Shown: positions 9,197-22,900, numbered from the stretch's first letter. The stretch: DNA of 64,000 nt from a virus (IMGVR_UViG_2690315746_000001:1-64000); one strand, 5' to 3'. The notes: generated by a model from the sequence alone, not told the origin. Translations and numbers: made by a program.

Positions 9197-9949
9197 TCAG
9201 ACCTTCAGGGCTTCGGCCCGGAACGCCATGGCGCGCTCCTGGTGGGCTCGGATGAAGTGGATCGCGACGACGATCGCGACGGCGATCACCGCGACGGCCA
9301 GGCCGACCTGCAGCCAGTCGGTTGCCTGCGTCGCACCGGCGACCGCGGCGGTGCTGGTGCCGCCCGCGGCGGTGGTGCCCTGCTTGACCTTCTTGTCCGA
9401 GAGGCCGGCCTCGGCCTGCAGCTGCTTAGCGACGAGGACCGGGCTCGCGCCGCCGGCTGCGAGCGCCATCTTGATCGCCGCGGCCTCGATGGTCGCGACC
9501 CGGCTCATCCAGCCCTTGCCGAAGGTCTTGAACGTCGACAGGCCCTGGTAGAAGGCGCGCCGCTTCGCCGAGATGGCCTTGATCCGGGCGACGCCGTCCT
9601 TGATCGCCTCGGTCGCCCGGCGGAACACGTTCGCCCGGCCCGGGCCCGAGTTCACCGACACGTCGAGGATCGGCAGGTCCGGCCCGGCCGGCAGCTCGTG
9701 GCAGCCCGCCTGGTCCCAGTAGTCACGCCGGTAGATCGCCGCGGCCTGGTCGCGGGTGAGGTTCTTGATGTCGAGGGTCGGGTAGCTCGCGGCCGAGATG
9801 CCGTACTTGGTGCCCTTGAGCTGGCCCTTCCCCACCTTGCCCCCGGTCCAGTTGCCGGGGTCCTTGGCGTTGGCGGTGTAGCCGCCCTCGCCGTGGAAGA
9901 TGAAGGGCAGGCAGGCCTCGAGGCGCTTAGCGCTGGTCAGGTTCGGCAT
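9197..9949 (-). CDS. Endolysin, glycoside hydrolase family 108, with C-terminal TM helix
   Basis: EGGY...DPGNWTGG...GTKYGIS...YW...VNSG...FGKGW. Confidence 0.9.
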   Translation of the reverse strand: MPNLTSAKRLEACLPFIFHGEGGYTANAKDPGNWTGGKVGKGQLKGTKYGISAASYPTLDIKNLTRDQAAAIYRRDYWDQAGCHELPAGPDLPILDVSVNSGPGRANVFRRATEAIKDGVARIKAISAKRRAFYQGLSTFKTFGKGWMSRVATIEAAAIKMALAAGGASPVLVAKQLQAEAGLSDKKVKQGTTAAGGTSTAAVAGATQATDWLQVGLAVAVIAVAIVVAIHFIRAHQERAMAFRAEALKV

Positions 9950-10112
9950 TGAGCTTCTCCGGGGGCGTGTCGCCGTAGACGGCGCGGTACTCGTCCCGGA
10001 TCACCTTCAGCAGCCACCCGCTCACGGTGAGCTTGTGGAGCTTCGCCACAGCAGCAGCGCGCAGGCGATCCTGCGCGGTGCCATAGGTCATGATGGCTTT
10101 CTCGCGGGGCAT
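9927..10112 (-). CDS. Hypothetical small protein
   Basis: 61-aa ORF overlapping the endolysin start. Confidence 0.45.
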   Translation of the reverse strand: MPREKAIMTYGTAQDRLRAAAVAKLHKLTVSGWLLKVIRDEYRAVYGDTPPEKLNAEPDQR

Positions 10113-10175
10113 GCCCTCAGATAGGCATTCCTGCTAGTAGAAGTTAACGGCTATCCCTGAAAGTCAGGGACATTT

Positions 10176-10547
10176 CTACCGCTCGACCCTCATGCTCAAA
10201 GCGAGGCCGAAGCTCTCAAGGATCTCGACAACCTCGGCCTCGTTCTTTGCCTCCTCAATCTGGATGTTGACCTTCATCCGAGCGATCTCCAGCTCGCGGC
10301 TCTGCTCCGCCATATTGGATATGACGGTTGCCATCTCGCGAGGCGTGAGGCCGCGCAGCTCGGCCTCCTGCTCGATCATCAGCGAGGGCTCGTCGGCCAG
10401 GACGCGCTTGGCCTCCTGGAGCTTGAGCACGTACATGGCGCGCAGCGTCGGCTGCGTGCCGTCGCTCTCGGCGATCCCGACGAAGTGGGCCTGAACGGTC
10501 CGCTTCGCGACCTCGCGGACCTGGGCAAGCGGGGGGCCGAAGATCAT
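10176..10547 (-). CDS. Putative tail fibre assembly chaperone
   Basis: YxxKxxEA...EAELRG...IE pattern; downstream of tail tip gene; ATGA overlap. Confidence 0.6.
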   Translation of the reverse strand: MIFGPPLAQVREVAKRTVQAHFVGIAESDGTQPTLRAMYVLKLQEAKRVLADEPSLMIEQEAELRGLTPREMATVISNMAEQSRELEIARMKVNIQIEEAKNEAEVVEILESFGLALSMRVER

Positions 10548-10996
10548 GCCGTCACCGTGAGCGTGAGGGTGAAGGCCTGGGCTGGGAACGCCTCGCCCTT
10601 GATGGTGTAGGTGCCCGGGATCGTGAAGCCGACACTGAACGGGCCGCCCGGATGCTCGTACTCGACGCTGACCGGACCGTCGAAGCGCAGGGTGCAGGCC
10701 GGCAGCTCGAAGGCGGGAGCCTCCCCGCCGACCGGCGCCTCGAGCGCCGCCGGCAGGTCCAGCACCGGTCGTGGGACGATCACCGTGCCGTCGAACCACT
10801 CCGTGTCGCGGTCCGGTAGGACGTTGATCAGGATGCGCTCACCGGCGCGCTGCTGCGCCTCGATGATGGCGAGACCCATCTTTCCATCTTCCGTGAACCT
10901 GCCGCCCTGGTCGTACTTCATGAAGGGCACGATCTGGAAGAGCCGCGGATCGGGCTCCGCGGCTGCAGGCATAGGTAGGTCGATGATCTCGCTCAC
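10544..10996 (-). CDS. Tail-associated hypothetical protein
   Basis: Coupled to the giant tail gene. Confidence 0.65.
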   Translation of the reverse strand: MSEIIDLPMPAAAEPDPRLFQIVPFMKYDQGGRFTEDGKMGLAIIEAQQRAGERILINVLPDRDTEWFDGTVIVPRPVLDLPAALEAPVGGEAPAFELPACTLRFDGPVSVEYEHPGGPFSVGFTIPGTYTIKGEAFPAQAFTLTLTVTA

Positions 10997-13900
10997 TTCG
11001 CCAGCTCCGTCACTTCGATGTAGACGCCGTTCACGCCCACGCTGCTGTCGTCGGTCACGGTGTAGGTGTGGTTGCCCTCACCCACGTTGTTGTCGACCCA
11101 GCTGACATAGTGACCGAGTAGCACCTTTTGAGAGGCGTTTGCACCGGGGACCCAGTTCAGCATGTAGTTGGCCGGGATCGCGAAGATGTCGGGGCCGCCG
11201 TCACGGCTGATCTTCAGCGCCCCGGTATTGGTGTTCGAGGGCCAGAACGCCGACCCGTCGCCGTTGCGCTGGACCGAGATGCGGACCTTCGCCCCTGCCC
11301 GGACGTAGAGGGTGACCGAGGCGGTCTTGCCGTTGGGGTTGTACGAGGAGACGAGCTGCGAGGTCGCGTTGTTCTGGATGTTCCCGTTGCCGACGACCAG
11401 CGACCCGATCTGCGCCGAGCGCACGATAAGACCGTCGAACTGAGCGACCGTGGCTTTGAGCTGGTCGGCCTTGATCGCGCCAGCGCTGATCGAGCCGGCC
11501 CAGATGGCATCGCCGTTGATGCCCGAAGGAGCGAAGATGACCCGGTTCGAGTTGTCCCAGATCACCAGGCCCCAGTCACCGCCGTTGGGAGAGTAGCCGC
11601 TGGTCTGACCCAGCAGGACCCGCAGGTTGCCGGCGCTGTCACGGCAGATGATCCGAGGCTGACCAGCCTGGGCCTCGATCACCAGGCGATCGTCGTTCAG
11701 CTTGATCGTGCCGGCCTGGATCGTGCCGCCGGAGATCTTATCGGCGGTCACCTGGCCCGTGCCGATCTTGTCGGCCGTGATGGCGCCGGCCGCGATCTTG
11801 TCGGCCTGGATCGCACCCGCTGCGATCTGGGCCGCCTGGATCGAGTTCGTGATGATGCGCGCACCGTCAATGATCGTGCTGCCATAGTTGACAGCAAGAC
11901 CAGAGCCGTTGTCGTAGGTCGCCAGGGTCACCCAATTCGGGTCGGTGTTCGCGAGGTTGATATCGCCCGACCAGTCGATATTATTCCGTCCCTTGTACCA
12001 AAGGATCGAATACCAGCTGCCGCCGGACACGGTGAAGCCGTTGGCGCCGAAGGAGGCGCCGGACATGCCACCGTCCTCGTTAGGCCAGTAGATGTTGCCT
12101 CCGTCCCATTCGATCCGACGAGTTGCGGTGTTGTATCGAATGTTGAACCCGGTGATGTTCAGGCCGCGCAGGCCCACGTAGAGCTGGTTGGCCTTGATCG
12201 TGTTCGCGGCGATCATGCCACCATTGATCTGCGTCGCGTTGGGTCCACCCATCCACGAGGTCAGAGACTGGCCGCCGCCGATCTGGATCTTGTCGGCGTA
12301 GATCGAGTTCACCGCGATCTTGTCGCCGGTGATCGTGCCGGCCTGGATCCGATCGCCGATGATCGACCCCGACTTGATCTCGTCCGAGGTGATCGAGCCG
12401 GCCACGATCTTTTCGGCCGTAAGGGTGCGGGTCGCGATGGCCCCGCCTGAAATCACCGTCGAGATCCCCGGAGACCAATCGCTGTACTGGCTCTGGTTCG
12501 GCTGCGCCGGAGCGAAGTAGATGCCGGTCCAGAAGTTGTAGGGGCTGTCGCCTCCATTGAAGCCCATCCGCAGCGTCACGTCCGCATAGGCGGCGTTGCC
12601 CGGGGTGGTGTGCATGCCGGCGCAGCGCGCCCAGGCACTGAGCGGCCCGCTCGACTGGACGCCGTTCACAACGTTGGTCGCGCCGAAGCCGGCGATGGGG
12701 TTCCCGCCCGCGTCGTACCAGTAGAGGATAATCTGGGCTGTGCAGCGGTGTGCGCTGACGTAGCCCGAGATCTCGTACCGGCGGTTCGCGATGACCGGGA
12801 TCCGGCGCGTGAAGCCGCCACCCACCGCCGGGATGGCGAGGTAGGCGTCCATGATGGTGCCGTTCGGGGTCCCCGGCGACGACATCTGGAGGGAGCGCAT
12901 TCCGGGCGGCTCCCAGCCGGGGCCCGACTGGTTGATGCCGCAGTAGGCGCCCGCAGGACCCTGAGACACGGCGCCCGAGATGTTCGGGACCGAGCTGCCG
13001 GACCCCGCCATGAAATCGGAGTTCCACAGCAGGTTGGTCGAGTTGACGCCCACGCCGATCTTCTCGGCAGTGATGGCCCCGGCCGCGAGCTGGTCTACGC
13101 CGATCGCGCCGGCCTGGACGTGCCCGGCCGTGATCTGGTTGCTGCCGATCTTGTCGGCCGAGATGGTGCCGGCGATGATCCGGTTGGCGTGCAGCGTATT
13201 CGTGATAATACGGTCGCCGTCGAGCAGCGTCGAACCATAGTTCACGTAGAATTGGCTGCCCCCCGAGTAGATACCGATGGTAACCCAATTGCCGTTATTA
13301 GTGTTTGCGGCGTAATTAACATCGCCAGAGAAGTCTAGGTTGCCGTTACCCTTGTACCAGACAACCGCAATCCAGTTCCCGCCCGGCGTCCAGCTTCCTC
13401 CATTGATGTTGACGCTACGCATCCCACCGTCATCATCACGGTAGAAGATCGAACCGATATCCCACTCAATCCGGCTCGTGATCGTGTTGTAACGGAAGTT
13501 GAACCCGACAAGGTTCAACTCGCGGTTCGCGACCGTGAGCTTGTTCGTGGTGATGGCTCCCGCCGCGATCTCCCGCGCCGTGATCGTGCCGGCCTTGATG
13601 TTGACTGCATCGATCGTGTTGCTAGCGATGTTCCAGCCGACGATGGTCTGCCCAGCAATCTGGTCCGCCGTGATCGCGTTGGCCTGGATCTTCTCGGCCG
13701 TGATGGTACGCGCGATGATCTTGTTCGCGTGTAGCGTCCCGGTCGTGATGCTATCGCCGTTCAGCGTCGTGATGGCCGGCGGGATGTAGGGCGAGCATTC
13801 CGTGGCGCCGGCCGGGGCCGCCGCGTACATCATCCCGAAGGGGAAGATGTACGGATCATTCCCAGAGACCGCGCCGCCACGGAGAAGCACGTAGAAGGAG

Positions 13901-16900
13901 ACCGCGTCACCCGGGGCGTTCACGAGGATGGTCGCGCGCGGATAGTCCCGCATCGCCCCGCCGGCCTTGGCCTGCTCGCCGGGACCGACGTAGCCGTTGT
14001 GGCCGATCGTGCTGCCATCAGCACGCACCCACGCGACATACAGCTCAAACCGGCAGCGGTGGCAGGTATAATAGGTCGAGAACTCGTATAGCTGCCCGCC
14101 ATTACATGGGAAGTTGCTGAGGTTCCCATCCTTGTCTACGCGCCGGTGGGTGACGTCCCAATAGCCGTTGGTGCCTCCGCCACCCGGTGCGCCCGAGGAG
14201 AGGTTGCGCATACCAGAGGCGACCCATACGGTGCCCACCTCTATTGTTGCCTGGGTGCCCCAAGTCGAGTTGCCTACAGTGAAGCCCTGTGTCCCCGACG
14301 ACATGTCGCCGTTTTGGGCGATGTTGCCTGTGGTGATGCTGAGCTTCGAGGTGACGATCGACCCCGCCGCGATCTCGCGCGCGGTGATGGCGCCCGCATC
14401 GACCTTGCCGGCCGTGACCGAGTTGGCGCCCATCTCGGTCGCCGTGATGGTGCCGGCGACCAGCTTGTCGGCTGTCAGGGTCCGCGTGGCGATCTCGGTA
14501 GCCGTCAGGGTCCCGGCAACCAGCTTGTCGGCCGAGATGGTCCGGCCCGAGATATGGCCGCCCTGGATCGTGCCGCCGACGATCCTGTCGCCGTTCAGGG
14601 TGCCCGCGGTGATGCGGTCGCCGGTGAGCGAGCCCACCGCGATGTGGACCGCCGTGATCGTGCCGTCCACGATCATCTGGGCGTTGGCTGCACGACGGGC
14701 CTGGACCTTCCCCCAATAGGTCCCGGACCCATAGGTCTGGGTCTTATCGGTCTGGAGCAGGATCTGCATCCGCTGGCAATTGCTGGGAGCAGTGACCTTG
14801 CCTTCAACCCGGGTCCAGGAGTTCTTTACGTCAGTGTATGCGAAGGTTCGGAACTGAAGATTACCCCCGGCCCCGTCCATGAACAGCGCCATGAGATTAG
14901 CGCGCTCGCCGTTCTCATTGTACACCATCGCGGACGCATAGATCACGTCGCCAGGCGTGACGCTGATATTGTGCGAATAGGCGTTGTCCCGGCCGGTGGA
15001 CCGAATGCGGTACTGGCCCCCGGGGTCGGTAGCTGATCCTGAGTTCTGGACGACCGTGCCATCCCCGAGCCCCCAGCCATCGGACGTACCGTTGGTGAAG
15101 TCCCCGTTCATGATCATGTTGGACGGGTCGGTCAGCGTCAGCTTCGACGCCGTGATGGCGCCGGCCGCGATCTCGCGCGCCGTGAGGGTGCCGGCCTGGA
15201 GGTTGGCCGCCACGATCGTGTTGCCGGCGATACGGTCGCCGGTGATGGTCCCTCCCGCGATCTCGGTGGCCGTCAGGGTGCCGACGGCGATGAGGCCGGC
15301 CGTGATGGTGCGCCCGATGATCCGATCCGCGTTCAGGGTGCCAGTGCGGACCGTGGCGCCGTTGAGGATCGTGGCGCCGCCCGGAGAGAAGGGCGAGAAG
15401 TCGCCCGCCGCGGCCTGCGCCGACGAGATCGGCGCTACCATGAGGCCCGAGGCGAAGAACCAGCAGTCCGCCGGGTTGTTCGGGTTCGGCGCATTCCAGC
15501 GCATGTACACCCGAACCGCTGTCGTGCCGCTGGGGGCCGGCTTCATCACCTTGGCCCGGCCGCCGAGCGCATCCCAAGTCTTCTCGTCGGAACCGTTCAA
15601 GCCGATGGTCACCGCGTTCGAGTAGTGGGTCTCGATCGCGGCCCCGGAGGAGTTCAGGAACTGAAGGATGACCTGCGCGGCACCAGCATTGAGCACGGAG
15701 AAGTAGGCCGAAGCCTCATACCACTGCGCCGCGACGGCCGGGTAGCTGTGGGTGAAGTTGCCTGCGGCGTCGTGCGAGCCGCAGTAGAAGTCGAACACGC
15801 CGCCGGTCGGCTTCGAGGCAATACGCACGTTGATGGCGCGCAGACCCGAGGGGCAATAGTCCGACCGGACCGTGACCGGATCGGTCGTGAAGTTCGCTCC
15901 CCAGGCGTAGCCCGGGACGAAGGGGTTGGACGTTCCAAGAACCGCCTGCGTGTAGAGCGGATCGTTGGCGAGGTTGATCGAGGCGAGCGTCAGCTTGCTC
16001 GCCGTGATGGCGCCGGCCGCGATGTTGCCGGCCTGGATGGTGCCTGCAGCGATCTCCGCGGTGGTGATCGTCCCGGCCTGGAGGTTGGTCGCCGTGATCG
16101 TCCGGCTGGCGATCTCATAGGCCGTGATGGTGCCGGCGGCGAGGTGACCAGCCGACAGGGTCCGGGTCTGGATGTGCCCGCCGACGATCGTGCTGGCGGC
16201 GATGAGCCCGCCGGTGATGGTCGAGGCCGCGATCTCCGTGCCGGTGATGGTGCCCGCCACCAGGTTGCCGGCCGTGATGGTCCGGGCCGCGATCTCGTAG
16301 GCGGTGAGGGTGCCGGCGGCGATCTGGGCAGCCGTCAGCGAGCGGGTGACGATCCGATCTGCCGCGACCGAGTTTGTGAGGATCGAGCCGCCGGAAATCG
16401 TCGTCACCCCGTCGGGGACGTAGGGGGAGACCTCGGTCGCAGCCAACTGGGCCGAGGACGCCTGCGCGACCATCACGCCGGAGACGAACAGCCACGGTGT
16501 CGTGCTCGGGGTCGAGCCTGAGGACTGCCAACGCGCTGTGACCGTGAAGTAGGTCGCCCCGGAGGGCGCCGTCATCACGAGCTTCGAGCGGGCACCGCCG
16601 GTCTCGAACTGGGCGGGGGAGTGCCCATTGTAGGTCGAGCTGGTCGAGTTGCCGCTATTTCCCGCGAGAACGGTCCCACTGCTGTTGTAGAACTGGATGA
16701 GCAGAAGGCCCGACCCGATGCTATTGGGCAGGGAGAGGTAGGCCGAAGCCTCGTAGACCGTGCCAGCCGAGCACGGGAACTTGGGGTTGATGGTCCGGTC
16801 TGCCGCGATCGAGAAGGGCACGTAGAGGTCGGCAACGCCCGTTGCGGACCCTGCCCCCATCTGCATGAAGAAGGCCGTGTAGCCGGCCGGGCAGTAGTCG

Positions 16901-19900
16901 GTCCGCACCCCGGCCGCGACGACGCCTGTGGTGCCGTTGGTCGCGAAGGTCCAACCGCTGGTCCCCTGCCCGAAGTCGCTGTTGTACGCCATGTTGAGCG
17001 AGGCGACGGACAGCTTCGAAGCCAGGATCGACCCCGCTGCCACCTCGCGCGCCGTCACGGCGCTGGCGTCGATCTTGCCGGCCGTAATGGCGTTGGCGGC
17101 GATCAGACCAGCGGTGATCGACCCGGACACGAGGCGGTTGGCGTCGATCGTGCCGGCCGTCATGTGCCCGGTCTGGACCGCGCCCGCCAGGATCTGCGCG
17201 GCGGTGACCGAGTTGGCCCCCAGCTCATTGGCCGTGATCGTGCCCGCGACCAGCTTGCTCGCGTCGATCGTACGCCCGGCGATGCGATCGGCGGTGATCG
17301 AGCCCGCGACGATCGAGGCGGCGGCGATCGAGTTGGTGATGATCCCGGAGCCGTCGATCACGGTCACGCCGGGTGAGACATACGGCGAGCACTCGGCCTG
17401 CCCGGGCTGCGCCGCCGCGTACATCATCCCGTAGACGAAGACGAAGGAATCAGGCGCCGTCTGGTTGATCGCGCGGTAGAGGACCCGCATCCCCACCGCG
17501 TTGCTCGGCGCCGCGCCGATCCACGTAAAGCGCTTGTGGCCGCGCAGTGCTCCGCCGGAGGCACCTCCCTCGGGAAGCACCTGCCCGCTGTCCCACCGCA
17601 GATGGGTGCCGGAGGCGTCCCACCAGCCGATGAAGCACTGCCCCTGGCAGCGGTGGAAATTGCCGTAGGCCGAGATTTCGTAGGTGCTGCCCCCGATGAC
17701 CTCGAAGGCTTTCAGCGAACCGTCCGAGGCCACCCGCTGGTGCGTGATCTCGGCGTAGCCGCCCGAAGGGAAGTTGGCGTCGCGCGGGTGGAGCGCGATA
17801 CCCTTCATCCCCGCCGGCACCCAGTTCCCCTCGATGTAGAGGTCCGCGGCACCGCCCCACGAGGTGCCACCCGTCCAGCCGCGCAGGCCCTGCGCGCCCT
17901 CCGGGTTGTAGGCGAAGTTCGCGCTGGCGATGGCGAGCTTCGACCCGGTGACAGCGCCGGCCGCAATCGAGCCGGCGACCACCGCGCCCGCCAGGATCTT
18001 CGCCGTCGAGACGGCGCCATCGGTGATCTGGGTCCCGGTGATCTGGCCGGCGAGCTTGGCCGCCGCGAGGCTGGCGATCTGGTCCGAGGAAACCGTGCCG
18101 ACGAGCTTGGCGGTGCTGATCGCCGCGAGCTGCGCGTCCGAGAGCTGGCCCGAGACCTTGGTGGCGCTGATCGTGGAGAGCTGAGCGTCCAGCAGCTGGC
18201 CGGCGACCTTGTTGGCGGCGAGCGAGGCCACCTGATCCGAGGTGATCTGGCCGGACAGCTTCGTCGAGACGAGCGAGGCAATCTGGTCCGAGGACACGGT
18301 GCCGATGAGCTTCGTCGTCGAGATGCCGCCGAGCTGCGTGTCCGCCAGGGTGCCCGAGAGGTTGGCCGCGGCGAGGGTCGCGTTGACGAGCGCCCCCGAG
18401 ACCTTCGCGGCGCCGATCGAGGCGATCTGTCCGTCCGACAGCTGGCCGGCAACCACGGCCGCGTTGACCGAGGCGATCTGGCTGGCGGTGAGCTGGCCGG
18501 TGACCTTCGAAGCGGCAATCGCGGCGATCTTGGCGTCGGTCACGGCGCCGGCCGCGATCTGCGTCTCGGTGATTGTCCCGGTGAGGGCCGTGGTGGCGAG
18601 GGTCGCGTTGACCAGCGCACCAACAGCCTTCGAGGCCGTGATGCTGGCGATCTGCCCGTCGTTGAGCTGGCCGGCAATCTGCGCCGCGTTGAGGCTGGCG
18701 ATCTGTCCGGCGGTGATCTGACCCGTGATGTCGGTCGAACCGACGCCGGCCGTCCAGGCCCCGTTGACCAGGCGCCACACCTTGCCGTCGAACAGCACGA
18801 CCTTGGAGCCCGTCCAGCCGGACGGGTTCGGCAGCGCCGTGACGATGCCGACCGCCGACAGGTCGCTGGCAAGCTTCGCCTGCGTGACCGCATTGTCGGC
18901 GAGCTGGGTGTCGCGGATCTGGCCGACGAGCTTGATCGTGTCCAGGCTCGCGATCTGCGAGCTGGACAGAGTGCCGGCGATCTTCGTCGCCGCGATGCCC
19001 CGGATCTGGCTGTCGTCGAGCTGGCCGGCGATCTGAGCCGCGTTCAGCTCCTTGATCTGGCTGGCGACCACCTGGCCGACGAGCTTCGCCGCGTTCATGC
19101 CGGCGATCTGGCCGTCCGAGAGCGTGCCGGCGATCTGAGCCGCGTTCAGGCTCTTGATCTGCTCGGCCGTCACGAAGCCCTTGATGTCGGGGGCCTGGAC
19201 GCCCTTGGTCCACTCGCCGTTCTGCCAGCGGTACAGCTCGCCGTTGAGCACGACCAGGCCAGTGCCGGCCGTCGCCGGCAGCGACGTGACGTTCTGCGGC
19301 ACCGCGAGCGACGCCGCGATCTTGGTGGCGTCGATGATCCCGGCAGCGAGCGCCGCGCGCTGCAGCTCCGGGCTCTGGGCGCTGACCGGGCCGGCCCAGT
19401 CGCCCGGGGTGCCGGAGGTGTTCACCGGCCGGGCCCAGTAGGTCCGGGTGACGTTCACCTTCAGGGTCGGGTCGATCCAGAACGCGGCCGGCGCCGGCAC
19501 GTCGGCGAGCTTCGCCGTGGGCGCCTGGCTGGTGCCCTCCCAGATCTCGGTGCCGCCGAGATCGAGGTCGGCCGGGTTCTTCCACGACAGGAACGCCGTC
19601 TCGAACGAGGCGTCGACCCGGAGCCCGGTGAGCGCGCCCGGCTTCGCCAGGTTCTTCGCCGCCGTGATCGTGACGATGTCCGACCATGCCGACCAGAAGC
19701 CGAAGCCGTTGAGCGCGCGGACGCGCGCGGCGTAGAGCTTGCCCGGCTGGAGGTTGAGCCAGCGGGCCTTCGGCTGGCCCTTGTCGACGCCGACCCGCAT
19801 CCACGAGGTCAGCGGGTCGGTGCCGGCGCCTTCGGCCAGCTCGAACTCGTAGGTGCCGAGGTTCTCGGACCCGACCGGCTTCCAGGCCGCGTCGATGCGC

Positions 19901-22900
19901 GCCATCGAGACGCCGGTCGCCGACGTCGTCAGCTCGGTCGTCAGGGTCAGACCCTCGGGCCGGTCCGGCGCCTGGGTGTCGATGATCCGGTTGGTGACCT
20001 TGACCAGCTGCTCGGGGCCGACGTTGAGCTGGCCGACGTCCTTGCCGTAGCTGTCGTAGGCCGCCATGCGGCAGTACCAGGTCGTCTCCGGCTCGACCTT
20101 GTACCAGAGCGGGTTGGCGAGGCCGTCGAAGCTCGGCGGCGTCGTCACCGGGTTGAAGCCCGGGGTCTTCGAGGCCCAGAACAGGATGCCGGCGAAGTCG
20201 CCGCGCGGTGAGGCGTACTCGGCGACGATGCTCTCGGTCGTGGTCGTGTAGTTCGGGTTGATCTGGGCCGGCGCCGGGTGGGTGACGGCCAGCGTGATCG
20301 GGTTCGAGAACGCGCCGGTGCTGTCGATCGCGCGCACGCGCACCGTGAAGGAGCGCAGCGCAGCGCCGCCGGTGACCGCGATGTTCGTGGCGAGCGGGAA
20401 CGAGAAGAGCAGCTGCCCCTTCGCGCGCTCGCTGTAGAGCGTCTGGCCCGAGGCGTTGAGCACGTCGACCACGTACTCGCCGACGAGCGGGTCCTCGGCC
20501 GCGTCCCAGGTGAAGCGGGGATCGCGGGCGCGGAAGATCGGGCTCTCGGGCTCGTCGACCAGGCGCAGGTTCGACGGCATGCCGACCGAGCGGATCGAGG
20601 TGCCGTCCGAGACGATGTAGCTGACGGTGACCGGCGCGCTCTCGGTCGTGCCGTCGAGGCCGACCGCCACGACCGACACGACGTGCGTGCCCATCTTGAC
20701 GCCCGCGATCCGGTAGAAGGTCTCGGTCGGCTCGGCGACCAGGTCCATCGGCCCCTTGTTGAAGGAGTAGTAGACCCGGTGGCCGCGGGTGAGCTTCGTC
20801 TCCGAGGGGTTCCAGGTGACGGCCAGGTTGAAGGTGCCGTCCGGGGTGACCTCGGGCGTGATCTTGGCGTTGGTGACCGGGTAGACGAACTTCGAGAGCG
20901 CGCCGGTCTGGAGCGGGATGAGGTCGCGCAGCTCGACCTTGCCGTCCACGAAGGCCCACTTGAGCCGGTTGACCTCGATCGCCGTGATCTCGATCTGGTC
21001 GGGCTCGTCCTCGGCCTCGGTGATCGAGGTGATGCGGAAGGGCTTCGGCGCGCCGATCGAGAAGACGGCGTATTCCGGCAGCTCCTCCTCGAGCGGCCGG
21101 TCGAGCGTCAGGCGGCTCTGCAGCCCGGGCTGGGCGACGGCGAGCGGGTAGCTCACCACCTTCAGGCCGCCCTGCCCGTCCGAGCATGTGAACTGGACGC
21201 TGTAGTCGATCCCGGCCTCGAGGTAGATCTGGTCGCGCAGCGGCAGCGACACCGCGCCGATCGGCAGCGGCACCCGGTTCTTCACCCGGCCGGTGATCAC
21301 GTTCGTCGACTGGTCGTCCGCGATCAGGATCACCTGGAACGGCAGCAGGTAGCGGCCGATCCGGTTGGTGCGGAAGTTGACGATGATCTTCTCGGTCAGC
21401 GACGTCGCCAGCCGCAGCCGGCCGCGGCGCACCGCCTCGTCGGCATCACGGCAGCCGACCGCCACGAACTCCTCGGCGTTGCGGCCGGAGTTGTCGATCG
21501 TGTTCTGGTCCCAGACCCGGAGCCGGTCCTCGCGGTAGTTGAGCTGGGGGTTCTTGAAGCTGACCTTGAAGTCGTTCTTGCGCTCGGCGACGTCGGTGAA
21601 GCTGTAGGTGAAGTTGCCCTCGATCGTGTTCTCGGGCGCGAAGATTGCCTGCGCGACCTGGTCGTCGGCGTCCCAGATGACGGTCGAGAAGCCGTCGCCG
21701 CGGTCGACGTAGCGACCGCCGGCCGTGCCGACGATGTAGTTGATCAGCTCGGAGATCGAGCGCGGCTCCTGGATGTACTCGTTGAAGCGAATACCGTGCG
21801 CGGAGCAGTGCTTGCCGAACTCGTAGAAGTCCCACATGTCGGGGACCTCCGGGAAGTAGGCGTTCTTCCCGTAGCGGCTGTTCTTGATGAAGTTGTAGGC
21901 GTGCCAGGCCGGGTTGTTGGTGTAGGCGATCTTGAACGTGCCGTCCCACAGCCCCGGGAACTCGGAGAGGTTGGTCTCCTCGTTGAAGACGTGGTTCGAC
22001 GGCACCGGCACCAGGATGCCGCGGTAGACGCCGGTGAACTCGGGGACCTGCGTGAAGGTGTCGGTTGCCTTGATCGTCAGCCAGGCGATGGCGAGATCCG
22101 GGAACGACACGGCGTCCCGGTTGACCTCCTGGATGCTCTCGAAGACGACGTCGGCGAAGATGTCCTTGGTGCTCGCGGCCGAGAGCCGGGTGACGCGCAC
22201 GTCATAGGGCTCGTTGATCCGCGCGACCGGGATGCGGAATTCCTTGGGGTAGGTCGAGCGCGCGAGACCCGTGATGGTCAGGTGGCCGGGCGCGGCCGGC
22301 GTGGGCGTCGCGAAGGCCTGCGCGCCGACCCAGGTGGTCTCGTTGTAGGAGTAGACCTCCTCGCCGCTCTGGGGCGTGAGGAGGTAGTCGCCGCCGCCGA
22401 TCGTACCGAGCGGGGGCGTGGTGCCGGCCGGCGAGTACCAGGCCGTGCGGACGGCGCCGTCGAGGTCGACGAAGGTCCAGATGTCGTAGCCGGAGGCGAA
22501 GCCGCGCGCGAGGTTCGTCGGGCGCTGCCAGGCGCCGCCCGTCCAGATCAGCGGCTCCCAGACCTCGCGGTCGGTCTGGAACCACATGGCGCCGTCCGCC
22601 TGCACGGCGGTCGGCGGCGTGGAGGACGGGGCGAGGTAGGTCTCGCGATAGGCGCCGTTGACGATCGTGCCGGGCGAGGTGGCGCCCGGGCGGTAGTTCG
22701 AGGCGCCGGCCGTGTTCTCGACGGGCGGCGGCGGCTCGTTCGTGAACGGGACCTGCCACACGCCGGACGAGCGCGGCTTGACCTCGATCTTGAAGTCGAG
22801 GCTGCTCGGGAACTCGCCGCCCTCCTTCGAGACGGCGAGCAGCCGCTGCACCACGAGGCGCACGTCGATGTAGTCGATCTGGGTCTTGTCGCCCTGGACG

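Noticed and set aside
11700-18000. Tail-gene repeats as diversity-generating retroelement TR/VR pairs or a shufflon
   Set aside because: No reverse transcriptase or invertase in the window; the repeats are in-frame protein repeats without an evident adenine-specific mismatch pattern.
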